Of a DNA stretch of 64,000 nt, positions 60,966 to 64,000 are shown piece after piece; positions within the stretch are counted from its first letter, which is position 1; each line of letters begins with the position of its first letter. The notes beneath the pieces were generated by a model, which made no database searches, had not been told where the DNA came from, and saw only the letters and a program-made list of their open reading frames with translations. The position numbers and the translations under genes were made by a program. The DNA comes from Iphione sp. A-MEVVRFRX5 (Eukaryota): NCBI GenBank assembly GCA_976226885.1, contig OZ320313.1:32116001-32180000 (forward strand), in the 5' to 3' direction.

Positions 60966-63611
60966 CATATGTCATTCCGATCTAAAACTAATACGACTTG
61001 TAGCTCTTACTTTGCCTACTACAGCTACTTCTATCTATTACCATTCCTGCGCCTACGCGAATTTAGAAGGAACTTTACCACTACGTTTTCCAGAACAAAC
61101 AGGCGCACTATCTGCAATTTTCAAAACATCTATTTGAATATTACCATTAGTAGTAAAACCAAACCAAATCACTTGAAAAAAACTAAAACACAAATCGTAT
61201 ATAACTTATTGCATTATGCAACTAGCTGAGAAAGAATAGAATTTCCAAAATTCCGTTACGAATTCCTTCTATAACTTAAAGATAAACTAAACACTATTTC
61301 TTCCAAAACAAACTTTATTGCTGTGAAACCTGAATCCGCACCATACCTCCGACGAACGCATGACTGAAGCTGCTACTGATGACTACATTTCCTGCCGTCT
61401 CGATTAGATGTCCTCACACCATCATCTTCCACGTGCTATAATCCTTCTTGTATACACTGGTTGCAACTCTAAACATATTGTTGACTTCTCACCGATAAAC
61501 CAATCCCTTCAATGTTAATACACTACACATTTACACTTACTCCCAACCTAACGCTTACTTGACTTTTATATTAATCTCATAATCTAGTTATCTGCAATGA
61601 AAACCCATACTGACTTCATTGTAGTAAACTTCCAATTATTGATATCTGCCACATAACCTATATATTTACATAATACCAATTTTACAAAACACCAAAACAA
61701 AACGTATATGTAACCACCAAACCATTAGTCTCGAACCTAATTTACATTCTTGTTCCTTAACACCATGATCCCTTATCGATAACGCCTTGAGTGATTGACA
61801 ACTTCTACCCACCAAACCCCAAAACTCACACAAAATTGACGCCGACTTATGCATTATTCCGATAATACTAGACTCGAACAATCTTCAATTACATTAAGTA
61901 ATGTTCCATACTAAACTCGAACAATGTTCAAATATGTTAAGTGATGTTCCATACATTCCATTTACAGACTAATACGTACCGCTTACAACTACACTAAACA
62001 AACAACAAATACAACAATTTCATGAAAAACGTTTATTGCATTCTTGTACTTTATACATTCATCCATCATATCACCTCACACTTGTAATAGATAGCCGCAG
62101 CTACACACTTATGGCTTGCACTATTCTACCACAATATCAATTCACAAATTCACTCTTGACATTTATAATATGGTCTAAAACAATATTCAAATTTCAGAAC
62201 ACGTACAACTTCATCGAACTTGCTTTACTCGTTTACGTCCATTGTTAATCACCTCTGCATATATATTTTGCCCTTTGTAATACAACACAAGGGCCTTGCT
62301 ATACACAAACAGAATTACTTTATAATTCTTCAATGACAATCTCCATTATGCGCCTGTAATTCACGACGCAGGTACACAATATTACAACTTCATACGTGTA
62401 ACACTGCAGTTAAGAAGTTTATCTTTAATTCATTGTCAGGCCGCTAATCACAGCGACCCTATACAAAAATTGCCGGCAACACCACGCAGAGTACTACCGG
62501 ACCTGGCCGATCCAAGTGGAATCCGTCCTTAAACACTAAGTGTCCGGGCAGCCCTCCAACGAACCAAGGGAGAAGCCATCCCGGAAAACATGTCAAACCG
62601 AACCATACAAAGCAGTATATACAACTTAACCGAACATGCAAGTGGTGTCTTTAGAACTCATTTGCAGAGATCTATATACTTTCCAGTTAATACTTATATT
62701 TTCCATTTTATGAGTTATCTTACTCATTATTTACATACACTACAGAACTTACACTACTGAATATTCTCACAAATACACATAAAGCCATTTTATTAAATCT
62801 CTCCGCCAAACCTCCACCTCATGAACGTAAACACCACGATCGAGTCTGGTGGAGAATAAACGAACTAATGATAGCTTAACTCAATCAACTCTGGTGGAAA
62901 ATGGACGAACTAACACCAGTTTAACTGATACAACCTAGCATAACTGCAACAACCTACCAGTAAACACGGGAAAACCAAAACTTCAATTATCTAGAGTAAT
63001 TTGATTTTTAGCTTTACCATTCAACTATACCTTGTACAAACTACTCCTCGATTATACTTCCATGTTTCAGAAACAACGTATACCGGCGCCAACCACGTTG
63101 ACTCATAACATACACACTTGTACCAGCGATCGAAAAGTATCTCGATGTCACCGACACCTACTCTGTTCCTATCATCCCCTAAGTGCTGCACTTATTCAAA
63201 TAAAAACTAGTACACAATATCTCCTGCTGCTTTTAATATATCTCAAGGCACTTACAATATCACAAAAAACACTCCCTCAAACTGACACTCGTACGACACT
63301 CATCTTGAAACTAATACACACTATACTGTGTCCTTAACCTATATAAACACCTTAACATCCTATTAGAACACAACATAACAGAAACACAATTACCACTTAA
63401 CATCTACTTCAATTACCAACTCGAGCATCTTATTACTAACGTTTTCACATACAAACCGAGGTACCTCTTTAGCAAACCCTGCAACACCAAATATAAGACA
63501 TTAACGATTACATACATCACATTCAAACACACACGAATGGAACCATAAAGTTAAAACCTATCTTAAACTTTGCAAAGTTCACTTCAAACAAACATTGGCA
63601 AAAGTCAAACA

Positions 63612-63740
63612 GTTTGACATTTCCCAATAGTTCGCCACTTCAACACTAGATGGCAGCACTGACCAATCGAAGTGAACACTTTGACATTTCACCATAGTTA
63701 GCCACTTTGACACCAGATGGCAGCGCTAACGAATCGAAAT
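63612..63740. repeat. About 66-bp tandem pair, each with a CTCF-like motif
   Basis: tttgacatttc.c.atagtt.gccactt..acac(t/c)agatggcagc(a/g)ct occurs twice. Confidence 0.7.
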
Positions 63741-64000
63741 GCTTCAATAGATGTCATTTGTGTTTCATACCCGCTAATGCATTGCAAAACTACATACACC
63801 AACAGTCTTCCCGAAACATTCACAAACTCCTACTTCTCCCTTTTTACTGTAACAAGCACCAAATGGCAATAAAATACCTTGAGGATTTTTCGTCCCCAAG
63901 GCAAGTAATCATTCGCGTTACCGGATGGAACAACAACCTGCCGACGGATCCACCTCGGCTCGCACCCCAAGGTTACGTGCATACCCGGCAGCCCTCCTAC

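Overview
AT-rich eukaryotic DNA, probably from an invertebrate (inferred from GT-AG introns, satellites and MITEs; no prokaryotic features). The centrepiece is an intact-looking 2,129-codon minus-strand ORF (37421-43810) for a Helentron-type rolling-circle transposase. Its order is herpes-tegument-type cysteine protease (putative deubiquitinase), Cys-rich region, HUH Rep, PIF1 helicase, AP endonuclease. Directly downstream on the same strand I can splice together a 4-exon OB-fold (RPA70-like) ssDNA-binding gene. Four plus-strand spliced genes ending in coiled-coil exons surround it; two are clear paralogs on opposite sides of the transposase. There is also an SGNH-fold ORF with degenerate catalytic motifs and several TATA/CCAAT promoter islands. 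From about 26.5 kb to the end the + strand is strongly C>G skewed. My main hypothesis is a giant multi-gene Helentron with its own cargo, but I could not locate its termini. Also present: a decayed polyubiquitin array missed by the ORF track, a piggyBac relic, MITEs with readable TSDs, and many tandem repeats. All family calls come from motif recognition by eye; no database searches were run.
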